The notes below the pieces were generated by a model. It ran no database searches. It was given only the letters and a program-made list of their open reading frames with translations, and was not told where the DNA came from. This document shows positions 1 to 11,121 of a stretch of DNA of 64,000 bases, piece after piece; position 1 is the stretch's first letter; every line of letters begins with the position of its first letter. This DNA is from Macrostomum lignano (taxonomy: Eukaryota): positions 1-64,000 of the forward strand of contig NIVC01001522.1 of assembly GCA_002269645.1 (NCBI GenBank), written 5' to 3'. Position numbers and translations under genes: made by a program.

Positions 1-435
1 TATTTTCAGATCAAAGCTTTAACATGATCAATTATTTTTTCACGACTGACTGAATCCATTGAGCATTTTATAATTTCCTCTTTTGCTATTCACGCAGTCC
101 TGGGCGTGGCACTTCTCAGTGACTGCAGATATCGTACGAGCTATAATTAATGATCTCCAATCTAATTGGCACGAGTGTAGCTGGCTATAAATATGCAATA
201 GGAAATCCTCCCACTAAAAATTTCGACGAGTATCTTGTCTTCTAACCTAACTGCTCAACTGACGAGGTATCGACGATGGTGAATGATTGTTGAAGTCGTA
301 AGAACAAAATCCAAGTTTGATTTTTGATTTTTAAGGTAAGTTTGGATGGATAGTCTGTTAAGAACATTTTCTGCGAACAGGTGTAACAACCAAATCAATT
401 AGTTTCAGAGGCACCTCTGATTCTGGCAAATTAGA

Positions 436-2023
436 ATGAACGATTCGTCTAGCGGTCGCCTGAGCTACAATTTTGACACATTTTCGTACCTGCTGGTCGA
501 CTGCAGAAGCGGCTTAGAGCCTTGAGGGCTGGCTGCATCACCGCCACAATTAGCGGCATTTTCTGTGCGTTTATCTCGCCATTTCTTGCCTGCCTCAGTT
601 TCTTTGGCAACGGCCTGACTGGCTACTTGGCCCTGTTTAAGTGGCGCCATTGACCAGACAGAATGCTTTCTACGGTTGCGTTGCTCTTGTCGACTGCGTT
701 ACGGTGCCGCTGTTGGGCATGCTTCACGGCTTCTTGAACCGCGGCCTGCCCTGGATCTCGGGTGGTCGCTGGGTTTTCTGTTGAGCAATCGCGGAGAAAT
801 TGGTTGTAAAGCTCATTGGATAATTGGCAGTCTGTGTCAGCTACTGCCCGCTATGCTGCTGTTGGTGATGGTGACAGACAGGCTGCTGGCCTTTCTGATG
901 CCCATGAGGCTTCAACAGGTGGGGTCTGGCATTGCTTTCAGGTAAGATCCAGAATTTACTTGCTTATCAGACTTGAGGCGCTCCTATGCAGTTACGGAGC
1001 TGTCATTTAATGACCCTTTTGTGACAGTGTGTCTTACTTGTACTCTCGTGCAAGTATGACCTGATGGTTGCAAATTTGTCATGCAGTAAGTAGTTCATAG
1101 CTTTAGTGATGAATTGCTTGGTTGACTAGTTTTCTTGATTGTCAAGTTGCTTGGTTGTCGAGCTGTTTGGTTGTGGAGTTGCTTGGTTGTCGATTTGTTT
1201 GGTTGTGGAGTTGCTTGTTGTCGATTTGTTTGGTTGTGGAGTTGCTTGGTTGTCGATTTGTTTGGTTGTGGAGTTGATTGGTTGTCGATTTGTTTTTTGT
1301 CGAGTTGCTAGTTTACTTTGTTTTCGACATGCTTTATTGCTAACGAGTTTCTTGATCGATCAGTTTCTTGGGTTGCGACTCGATTAAAGATTAACGATCA
1401 AACACTACTTCGTGCACTTTGTACAGAATATTTATTCACTGTGCAATCGGTCTGTACACAGGTCAGTACTAGCCGCCACACTGGTCACCCTGGGCCTCAC
1501 CGTTCCTCGACTTCTCCTGGTAACACGTTACGCCATTTTTGACGGCGTCGGCTTTTTCAGCATTGTGTGTTACTTCGCTCCCAGTCAGCACAACTTTGCG
1601 CTCACGTACGACACTTTGTTTATCTCTCCACCAACCATCCCTCTGCTGTTGGTGCTGTTGTGCAACGTGGCTCTATTGATCAGGATTGCTAGACTAGCCG
1701 CTAAAAGGCGTCATTTATCGAATAATACTGCTACCGAATCTGGCGTCGACCGGCAGAGTCTAAGCAGTGCGACTATTGTCATGGCGATGTCGTGTGTCAC
1801 GCTGGGGTTCAACTTGCCGCTGTTAGCCGTCGAGTGGGCAGTGCAGTTGGTGACGAAGTATACGGCAGACCGTCAGGCTGGCATTCGGACTGCCCGAATG
1901 CTGAGCAACTTTATTTTCAGCCTGAAGCAGCTGGCCATGACAGGTCAGGCTGTCAATTGGATCATTCTGATGGCCAGGTGTAAGAAATATCGTCAGGCTG
2001 TCCGAGAGATGATGCCGTGGTGA
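436..2023 (+). pseudogene. Class A (rhodopsin-like) GPCR, 2 exons (436-941, 1462-2023), with three apparent -1 frameshifts in exon 1 (pseudogene or assembly error)
   Basis: ATG 436 gives MNDSS (N-glycosylation sequon). TM1 ISPFLACLSFFGNGL, TM2 ALVDCVTVPLL..RGLPW, and TM3 GCK...VTDRLLA (DRY-like) lie in successive frames. Intron 942-1461 is GT..AG with phase-2 join AG|G. Exon 2 encodes TM4-7 and ends CKKYRQAVREMMPW*. Confidence 0.75.
1140..1300. repeat. Degenerate GT-rich repeat in GPCR intron
   Basis: Repeated gttgcttggttgtcgatttgtttggttgtgga-like units. Confidence 0.7.
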
Positions 2024-2652
2024 CTGATTCAGAGAGAGGTGGAAATACCATTTGGTTACAGAAAAATTGGATGAAAACTTAAAAACACGATTATTACTAA
2101 CTATTTTCCAACTCAAATCCGAGTTGTACTTTTCGATTCCCAATGCCCACCTACAAAATAAGGGCATGCATGCCCAACTTTTAAGATGTCCACCTTCTTC
2201 AAGAAATAGACAAAATACCCAAAACTCTTAACAAAAAAGAACTTGGCTTTGTTTTATTGTCTCATTGGTATCGATGAGAATTCTAGCCTCCTTGACTCAA
2301 TTATGATGATGAATGAGTCTAAAAAAATATATATATATATATAATCGGAATTGACTGCATTCTTCAAAACAGCGGTAGTTCTGCCTAAATGTTTTCTGCA
2401 TTTTAGAGCAATACTTAGCCATGAGAGTCCTAGAGCGCCTACCTAACTGATTTGCACTTTTAATTTGACAAAAGGCACCGCGGACACTGCAAGACATGTA
2501 GCTCGTAAATGTCTGCAGGAACTCCAAGTTTTGAGACAGAAAGTTTGCCATGCCAGATCGAACTGGAGTTTCAGAGCTCTCCTGCGCAGAGCGCACCAGG
2601 GGATCCAATTATCTGCGGTGCAGTTTTCACGCCGAAATTGCGCTATAAAAGC

Positions 2653-4593
2653 ATGCAGTTCGGCCTTGGAAGAACAGTTTGTCTGTATTGGTTCAACTAT
2701 TCAAGAAACTTTAAATGGCAGTCAACAAGCAATTCTTTTTGTGTGCTTTTGTTGTTGCTTTCGGCATCGACCTCGTTAAGCGGTGGAGGCGGCGGTTCCA
2801 GTACAGGTAGTACCGGTGCCAATAGTAGCACTGGCGGCGACCACGGAGGCGGTCACAGTACCGGTATCAAGGTGGCTGACTGGCACTGGGACAGCGTCAA
2901 GGTGTACATAGTGATCTCCCTGTTCATCGTGGTGGTTTCCATTCTGAAGGCGCTGTTCCACCACATCCACTGGCTGTCCGAACTCGTGCCCGAGTCAATT
3001 GTGCTCATCTTCTTGGGCGTAGGCATCGGGATCATTGTGTTCTTCACCGTATACTCGGATACCGAGCGCTACTACTGGGACCTAACGCCCAGCCTCTTCT
3101 TCTACATCCTCCTACCGCCAATCATGCTCGAAGCTGCCTATTCGCTCTACGATCGAAACTTCGGCGAGAACCTCGGCTCGATTTTGTACTTCGCCGTGGT
3201 TGGCACAGTTTTCGCATTTTTCATCATCGGCTTCGCTCTGTACGGCCTGAGTGCCGCCGGGGCGATGGGCGCCCTGCGAGTGTCGCTCAAGACCTGCCTG
3301 CTGTTCGGCTCGTACATCGTGGCCGTCGATCCAGTCGCTGTGCTGGCCATCTTCCAGGACGTCGGAGTTGAGCAGGGTCTCTACTATCTGGTGTTCGGCG
3401 AGTCGCTACTGAACGACGCTGTGACAGTGGTTCTCTACAAGACCATGAACGCTTTCATGCCCCTGGAAACTGCTAGCGGCTCAGATATCTTGTTGGGCAT
3501 TGTCAGCTTCTTCACCATCAGTCTGGGCGGTCTGCTTATTGGCGTGATCTGCGGCATCATCTGCTGTTTCATCACTCGATTTACCTTCAGCGAGCGGGTT
3601 GTGGAGCCCCTAGTCATGCTGTCGGTGGCTTACCTGAGCTACATGATCGCGGACATGGTTGGCTGGTCCGGCCTCATCGCCATCATCAGCTGCGGCATCG
3701 TGCAAGCCGCCTACGCGTTTCACAATGTGTCGAGAAAGTCTCTGATTACAATTAAGTACTTCACTAAAATGGTTGCCAGCGTTAGCGAGTCCATCATCTT
3801 TGTCTACCTGGGCATCGAGCTGGTGAAGAAGACTCACGTCTGGCACTGGGGCTTCGCTCTGTGGTCTCTGGCGCTCTGCCTCGCTGCTCGATTCATCATC
3901 ACTTTCGTGTCCAGCGCCGCTCTGAACCGGCTCGGCAGGAAGACGCCCATCAGCCTCACTGAGCAGCTCATCATCTCGTTCGGCGGCCTCCGAGGTGCCG
4001 TCGCATTTGCATTGGCCACCCTAGTCGAGAATAAGGACCTGTTGAAGGCTGATGGCGATCCGTTGATGCGCGAACGGCTCCTGACCACAACTCTGTTCAT
4101 CATCATGTTCACCTGCATTATCGTCGGAGTGATCATCAAGCCGCTGGTCAAGTGTCTCCACATCCGGCTGCGCAAGCGTCCTCTGACCAGCGTCTTCCAC
4201 GAGGTGGTGACGCACACCGTCGACCATCTGAATGCCGGCATCGAGGGAATCTGCGGCAGACGCGGCGACTACCGGATGCGCGAGTGCTTCGACCGACTCG
4301 ATAGTCGGATCTTCCGCCGGATTCTGCAGCGCGATCCGCGCACCCAGACAGAGAAGATTGTCGATGTGTACCGCAAAGTAGCTCTGAAGATGCACTACGC
4401 CAGCCTGGAGACCGACCAGAAGAAGTCCACGCACCACTTGTCCGCCCTGGCTCCCGGCCTCGCCCGACGTGTCGCCTCCGTGGCCTCGATGCAGGACCTC
4501 GGCGGAGCCGGTCCGTCGTTCCCTGACCTGACTGCGCTTGGCGCATCAACTGGCAATATTTCCTCGATGGTCCGAGCGAGGTTCGCCGCGTGA
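2653..4593 (+). CDS. SLC9A: Na+/H+ exchanger (CPA1/SLC9A, plasma-membrane NHE type), intronless
   Basis: Contains FFYILLPPIMLEAAY, AVDPVAVLAIF, FGESLLNDAVTVVLY and FGGLRGAVAFAL motifs, plus a CHP-binding-like DHLNAGIEGICG. First in-frame ATG is 2653, followed by a hydrophobic leader. The C-tail may continue past the stop via a frameshift. Confidence 0.93.
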   Translation: MQFGLGRTVCLYWFNYSRNFKWQSTSNSFCVLLLLLSASTSLSGGGGGSSTGSTGANSSTGGDHGGGHSTGIKVADWHWDSVKVYIVISLFIVVVSILKALFHHIHWLSELVPESIVLIFLGVGIGIIVFFTVYSDTERYYWDLTPSLFFYILLPPIMLEAAYSLYDRNFGENLGSILYFAVVGTVFAFFIIGFALYGLSAAGAMGALRVSLKTCLLFGSYIVAVDPVAVLAIFQDVGVEQGLYYLVFGESLLNDAVTVVLYKTMNAFMPLETASGSDILLGIVSFFTISLGGLLIGVICGIICCFITRFTFSERVVEPLVMLSVAYLSYMIADMVGWSGLIAIISCGIVQAAYAFHNVSRKSLITIKYFTKMVASVSESIIFVYLGIELVKKTHVWHWGFALWSLALCLAARFIITFVSSAALNRLGRKTPISLTEQLIISFGGLRGAVAFALATLVENKDLLKADGDPLMRERLLTTTLFIIMFTCIIVGVIIKPLVKCLHIRLRKRPLTSVFHEVVTHTVDHLNAGIEGICGRRGDYRMRECFDRLDSRIFRRILQRDPRTQTEKIVDVYRKVALKMHYASLETDQKKSTHHLSALAPGLARRVASVASMQDLGGAGPSFPDLTALGASTGNISSMVRARFAA

Positions 4594-5954
4594 TCGATCA
4601 TCAGGCGCGCCGCGCCTCCGCCCAGGTGCACGCCGGCCTGACGAAGTCGTTGAACTCGGACGCGGACATGACGCGAAGGCTGCACGACATGCAATCCAGG
4701 CTGGCCAGGGGCATCCGGCTGCTGCACCGCGGCGCGTCCAGGGCCACCGGCTGGACCGGCTGGGCGACGGGCCGACGGAAGCGGCGGCAGTTCGGCGAAC
4801 GTTCGCGAGTCGCCCGGCGTCTTCCAGCGTCGAACCTCGGAGTCGCCGGCGCAGCACGAGTTGAGCCTCCAGCAGCATCAGCATCGACAGCAGCCAGCCA
4901 TCGGCCTGGGAGCCGTTCAGTTTGCCATCGGCGAAGGCCCCAGCAGCGACGCCCAATCGGACGGCACAGCTCGACGGAGTCACGTGAACAGCGGCTTCAG
5001 CTCGAAGGAGAACACCGCCATCTAGCCTTGCTGGTCGCTGAGTTGCGTCGCCCACCAAGAATGAATGTGTCCACAAGACTAAAATTTCTTTTCCTAGCGG
5101 AGTGTGACGCGGACACAAAAAGTTATATCACGTCATCTAATCGCATCGAAAAAATTGATAAAAACATGTGGTCAGCCGATTCGAATTCCCTGTATTATCT
5201 ACATATGTAGTACGATATTCTGCTCGTGTAGCTTAGATTTTGTAACGTAGTGGTTCCATCCCTTACAGCAATGGCACCTTTATGGCAATATTGTTAACCA
5301 TATTGCTGAAGTTTTTCCAAATAATATGATTGTATAAAGAAATATTCCCAATTACAACCGAGTAGCTCATAGAATCCTTGCTTTCTAGAAATTATTTTGA
5401 TATTGCGCGTTAATTATTACGATTTTAATACCTCACTGAAGTTCGCTGATGAGCTGACTCTTACGAGCTGTTTTACCAGTAAAAGCCCTCGCTTTAAAAA
5501 AATTACAAGTTCATGAGAATTCCGTCAAATCAAAAGACGCACTGGAACGCGTTGGACATGGACTTCCTTAAGCCAACTTTCTCATTATAACAAATTCATA
5601 GAACGGAAGCATTGAGGTCACGCATCCACTCACTTTACCTGTCCAAAACTGTGTGTTCTTCGTTAATTAAATTAGCTTTTTATGCCCTGCTATGTTTTAT
5701 TCCATAGCCCTAGCCTGGGCTTAGCTATCTGATTTATTAATTAGTTTGCAGCGATGTGCCTCGCTAAACGACGGAGTTGTCTCTAGGTGGAAATGAAAAA
5801 CTGTGAGTGAGGCATCGGCAGTGGGCTGAGAAAATTAGCAGAAAAATGAGTAATACAAAATATTGTAGAAGGGAGACTAGAAGTAAGAGTAAAAGAAAGA
5901 GTTTTCAGAAATCTTCAGAAGTTTTCAGAAGTTTTCAAAAATCTAATTTTCAGA

Positions 5955-6195
5955 AGGAGAGTAGAATTTAGAGTAGAATTGAGAGTTGGAGTGAGAGTTG
6001 GAGTAAGAGTAGATGTGAGAGTAGAGGTGAGAGTAGAAGTGAGAGTTGGAGTGAGATTAGAAGTGAGAGTAGAAGTGAGAGTAGATGTGAGAGTAGAAGT
6101 GAGAGTAGAAGTGAGAGTAGAAGGGAGAGTAGAAGGGAGAGTATAAGTGAGAGAAGAAGATAGAGTAGAAGTGGAAGTAGAATATAGAGTAGAAC
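5955..6195. repeat. 12-bp minisatellite (gagagtagaagt)
   Basis: Direct inspection. Confidence 0.85.
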
Positions 6196-6737
6196 TAAGA
6201 CAGCACCAGATGAAAATTTTATTCAAAACTTTTCACACGGCTTCTGAATAAAAAATTTTTAACTAAAGCACAATTCACAGCTCGAGAGAAGGAAGCACAG
6301 TTTATTCTGCATAACGAATTATTTTTTCTATTACGAATAGTGCAAATTTGCCTTAAAAAATATCTAATGGCAGTGACAATGAGGATAAAAAATAAAATTT
6401 GCTTAAAAATGACCTACCATACATCGGGTTACAAAATCAAGTATCAAGGCAATTTCTCAAATAAATACTCAACAGCTTAACGATCCACCGAGACTACTAT
6501 TGTAAGTAGGATCATTTTTACACTGCTTATTGAATAATTTTTTAAAAGATAGTTTTTTTTCTTCGCGCTCAAAGATTACGATTCTAAGGTGAACATTAGG
6601 ACACTAGTGTTCACCTGTGACACTGTGCTCTAGGACACAGTTTCCTGGGAACAGTGACAAAAATTAATTATTATTGGCAGGCATTCATACTGAAATAAAC
6701 ATTTAGAGATGATTTAAAGCGTACACAGTTAAATTAG

Positions 6738-7485
6738 CAGTGACATTTGACTGACAGTGGCACTTGACAGTCAGTGAAGTCTGACGGTCAGTGACATTTG
6801 ACCGTCAGTGACATTTGACCGTCAGTGATATTTGGCTGTCAGTGAAGTCTGACATTCAGTGACATTGGACTGTCAGTGACATTTGACCGTCAGTGACATT
6901 TGGCTGTCAGTGACATTTGACCGTCAGTGACATTTGGCAGTCAGTGACATTTGACCGTCAGTGACACTTGACAGTCAGTGACATTTGACAGTCAGTGACA
7001 TTTGGCTGTCAGTGAAGTCTGACATTCAGTGACATTGGACTGTCAGTGACATTTGACCGTCAGTGATATTTGGCTGTCAGTGACATTTGACCGTCAGTGA
7101 TATTTGGCTGTCAGTGAAGTCTGACATTCAGTGACATTGGACTGTCAGTGACATTTGACCGTCAGTGACATTTTGCTATCAGTGACATTTGACGTCAGTG
7201 AAGTCTGACAGTCAGTGACATTCGAAAGTTAGTGAAATTTGACCGTCAGTGACATTTGACGTCAGTGAAGTCTGACATTCAGTGACATTTGACGTCAGTG
7301 AAGTCTGACATTCAGTGACATTTGACTGCCAGTGACATTGGACTGCCAGTGACATTGGACTGCCAGTGACATTGGACTGCCAGTGACATTTGACTGCCAG
7401 TGACATTGGACTGCCAGTGACATTTGACTGCCAGTGACATTTGACTGCCAGTGACATTGGACTGTCAGTGACATTGGACTGTCAC
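6738..7485. repeat. 18-bp minisatellite (cagtgacatttgacngt) with internal tgacNgtca palindromes
   Basis: Direct inspection. Confidence 0.9.
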
Positions 7486-7835
7486 CTTTTTCACTATCAC
7501 AACTTAACTGTTAACCATAGCCTAACTCTATTTATCGTCCGAAGATAAAATGTCCCTTGCACTCGAATTTCTGGCAGTGAAATGGCGATATCCCGTCAAA
7601 AATTAATTATATCTATAATCTCATTGCGCATTAAGACACAATTCATGAATAAATACAAGAGTTAAATAAACAACAGATTCGATTAATAAAAAGTATTGAC
7701 AGAGAGAAGTTTTCGTTATTAAAAAAATTCTCGCATTCCTACTGAACAGTAGTATGTTGAAGAAGCAACATCTCGTGATTTTTGTTAATATAGATTAGCA
7801 AAACTATAGTCACTTTCCTTGAGAATGATAGATCC

Positions 7836-8947
7836 TTAATCTGAGTCGCCTCCATCGTCTGAGTCGCTATAGGTCACCTCGGTGGCTGAGGTAGTTCTCC
7901 CCAGCAGCCTGGCCGCCCTCAGCAGTGCCGCTTTAACCTCGGCGTCTTTGGCCATGGCTAAAGGCGTCTCACCCTGCCGATTCTTCACCGACAAGCTGGC
8001 ATTGGCTACGCCAGTGCGGACCTGGGCTCCGTCGCCGAACAGCAGGAGTTCGACTACGGCGGAGTGACTCTTCCAGGCGGTCAGGTGCAGGGCTGTGTCC
8101 CCAGATTTGTTCTGACAGCGGTGTTTTGTTGGCATTTGTAAGTAAATTTCTAATATCGACACACGCTCAGTGTTCTCACACCCTCCTCAGTGTCCCACAC
8201 CCCCTCAGTGTCCCCACACCCTCTTCAGTGTCTCCATACCCTCCTCAGTGTCTCCACACCCCCCCTCAGTGTCCCCACACCCTCTTCAGTGTCTCCATAC
8301 CCTCCTCGGTGTCCCACACCCCCCTCAGTGTCCCCACACCCTCTTCAGTGTCTCCACACCCTCCTCAGTGTCTCCACACCCCCCTCAGTGTCCCCACACC
8401 CTCCTCAGTGTCTCCACACCCTCCTCAGTGTCTCCACACCCCCCTCAGTGTCCCCACACCCTCTTCAGTGTCTCCACACCCTCCTCAGTGTCCCCACACC
8501 CTCCTCAGTGTCCCTACACCCTCCTCAGTGCTCCCACTCCCTCTTCAGTGTCCCCACACCCTCTTCCGTGTTCCCACACCCTCCTCAGTGTTCCCACACC
8601 CTCCTCAGTGTTCCCACACCCTCCTCAGTGTTCCCACACCCTCCTCAGTGTTCCCACACCCTCCTCAGTGTTCCCACACCCTCCTCAGTGTTCCCACACC
8701 CTCCTCAGTGTTCCCACACCCTCCTCAGTGTTCCCACACCCTCCTCAGTGTTCCCACACCCTCCTCAGTGTTCCCACACCCTCCTCAGTGTTCCCACACC
8801 CTCCTCAGTGTTCCCACACCTTCTCACCTGAGCGTTGGCATCGCATTTAGCCATCAGCAGCAGCCTGACGCATTCGGCGTGACCGCCCCTGCTAGCCCAG
8901 TGCAGCGCCGTGTTGCCAGCAGCGTCCAGTCCGTTGACAGACACCTA

Positions 8948-9000
<53 letters not shown>

Positions 9001-10013
9001 CATGCGATAGATAAAAGACAATTTTACAAAGTAAAATACAATTAATTTATAATTATTACCTTGTTATCGATTAGTTCGGCAAGGAAAGTCAGGTTTCCAT
9101 ATTGGCAAGCAGAGTGCATCGGCTGCGGCACTGCCTCTGTCTGCTCTTCAACTGAAGATCATGAATTTTTTTTACAATATTTATTAGCCACTTATTGACT
9201 ACCCTACAGTTACAAAATTACTTTTAATTTTTATTTTTTAAACTTTACTTTTACTCTACTTTTAGTTACTTTTATCCTATTCTTGTATTTCCATTCCATT
9301 CACTGGCATACTATGATGCATCTTCCAATGGCAAAAGTACATACTTGATGCTGAGATCTATATTCTTTACTCAAAATTGCAATTAAAGAAATGTCAAAAC
9401 TTACCATAGTTGCTAGGAATGAGGCCTACAGAGGAGCCACACCTAGCTGTGTACCAGTCCTTGTTAGTGCTATCTACTAGGTACAAAATATCTCCTGCAT
9501 CAAATGACAGTTCATCTTTCTGAAATGGGCCACAAAATCAAGGTAACATTTTTTTAATTAATTGTTTTATTATCACTATGACATTAAGCTATCATTTTAT
9601 AAAATGAAATGTTGAAAGTATTAGAAATACATACAGCTTGAGCAGCATAATTGTATAGGGCTTTGATGACACGAACTTGGCCTAAAATTAAAATGGAATT
9701 TTACGCTGCCTTTAGATATAAATAGATCAGCCGATAACACAAATGGAAAATGTTGAAATATAATATGTTAAACATTAGAATAAGGGCACTTAACTAAAAA
9801 TATTTCTCACCTAATAACAATTTTTAAATATTACACACCCGACAGAATCGTACGAAATACTTTTTTTAAATATGCACGACTCTGACTCAGTTTATTGGAA
9901 TTCGTAAATGATTTTTTGTTCATTGTTTGCTTCGATTAAATTGCAATGAACTTAACGCAAAATATTGAAAACTCACCTGGTTTTGGAGGCAAAATTGGCT
10001 TCTGGTCAGACAT
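7836..10013 (-). CDS. OSTF1: Osteoclast-stimulating factor 1 (Pro-rich + SH3 + ankyrin repeats + acidic tail), 6 exons
   Basis: Exons 10013-9977, 9681-9635, 9519-9405, 9151-9060, 8944-8828, 8111-7836, all GT-AG and phase-compatible. Protein: MSDQKPILPPKPGQVRVIKALYNY..DELSFDAGD..GLIPSNY..NGLDAAGNTALHWA..NKSGDTALHLTAWK..SDSDDGGDSD*. Confidence 0.93.
8165..8822. repeat. 20-bp minisatellite in OSTF1 intron 5
   Basis: (cacaccctcctcagtgttcc)n. Confidence 0.95.
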
Positions 10014-11121
10014 TTCAAAAACCCCTTTAAGTAGAATAATTAGAAATATTATATAATAATTTAGACGATTCACTGGCAGAAAAAATCCTATAAGAGGGAA
10101 GTTGTGTCTTGGAAAAATGTAATTTCTAAATAAACGTTAAAAAATATCGCCAGCTTTGACTGAGAAAAACAAATTCAAACTTTTGAACAGTTTTTTAACT
10201 TTTGTTTTTGTTAGTTATGCCAGTTTAAACATTTTATTTATAGCTCGTAAATTAAAGAAGTATAATAAATATATTAGTTTTGTCTAAGAATTGTATCAGT
10301 ATTCATTTTCAATCCTCTTGCGAATTCCTATATATTTATGATAATTTTTTTACCAGTCAAAGTATATTTTAGTATGCAGTTCTAGGCTAGTTTTAAGTGC
10401 TGTGTTCGTCATATTAAATAAAAAGTATGTGTGTAGAGTAAAGAATTGTGCCTTTTTACGATTGCTTGTAATTAGCTATTTAGCTAAGTTTGAATAGACA
10501 CTTTTTAGAGAAATCTCTGAAAATGTATTTTCATACAAAATAAATTACAGTCTGAAGTATTTTGTTTGCTAATCCAAATCTAGTAGTGTCTTCAGTTGTA
10601 AAGAAGCGCATAATAAATATAGATTTATTGTCTAAACAACAAATTCTCACAATGTATATAATTAAGTGCTCTGATAAACTATTAAAATATATTTTTTGGC
10701 TATGACGCATAAGCCATAGTAGTAGAAATGTTCTATTTACTGTAATACGATGGTATTATATCATTATATGCAGAAATTTTAATATGCATTTTAATTCAAA
10801 GATATACATTAAAATTATCTGAAATTATTTAAGACTAAGAAAATATTGAAGCAATATTTACAGAATCAAGTTAAAAAAAGTATATTATAAAGTTGATGAG
10901 CATATTTTGGACTGACTCAATTTTTTTTTATTAAGAGCCTAATCTTAATATTTATACCTTTATCGAATTTAAACTTTAAAAAATCTATTAGGTAAATATC
11001 AAAATGTAACAAATAACCTAAGCATATTCATTTAGCAAAACAAACTTATTTATTTTCAATATGATTTGCATCCAAAATTGTTGTGCCCATTACTGTACAT
11101 CCCCAACAGCCCCAGTTCCCA

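Noticed and set aside
2776-4549. Minus-strand ORFs under the NHE gene
   Set aside because: Antisense shadows of GC-rich coding sequence.
8126-8956. Pro/Ser/His-rich ORFs in three frames
   Set aside because: 20-bp array in OSTF1 intron 5 on the opposite strand.
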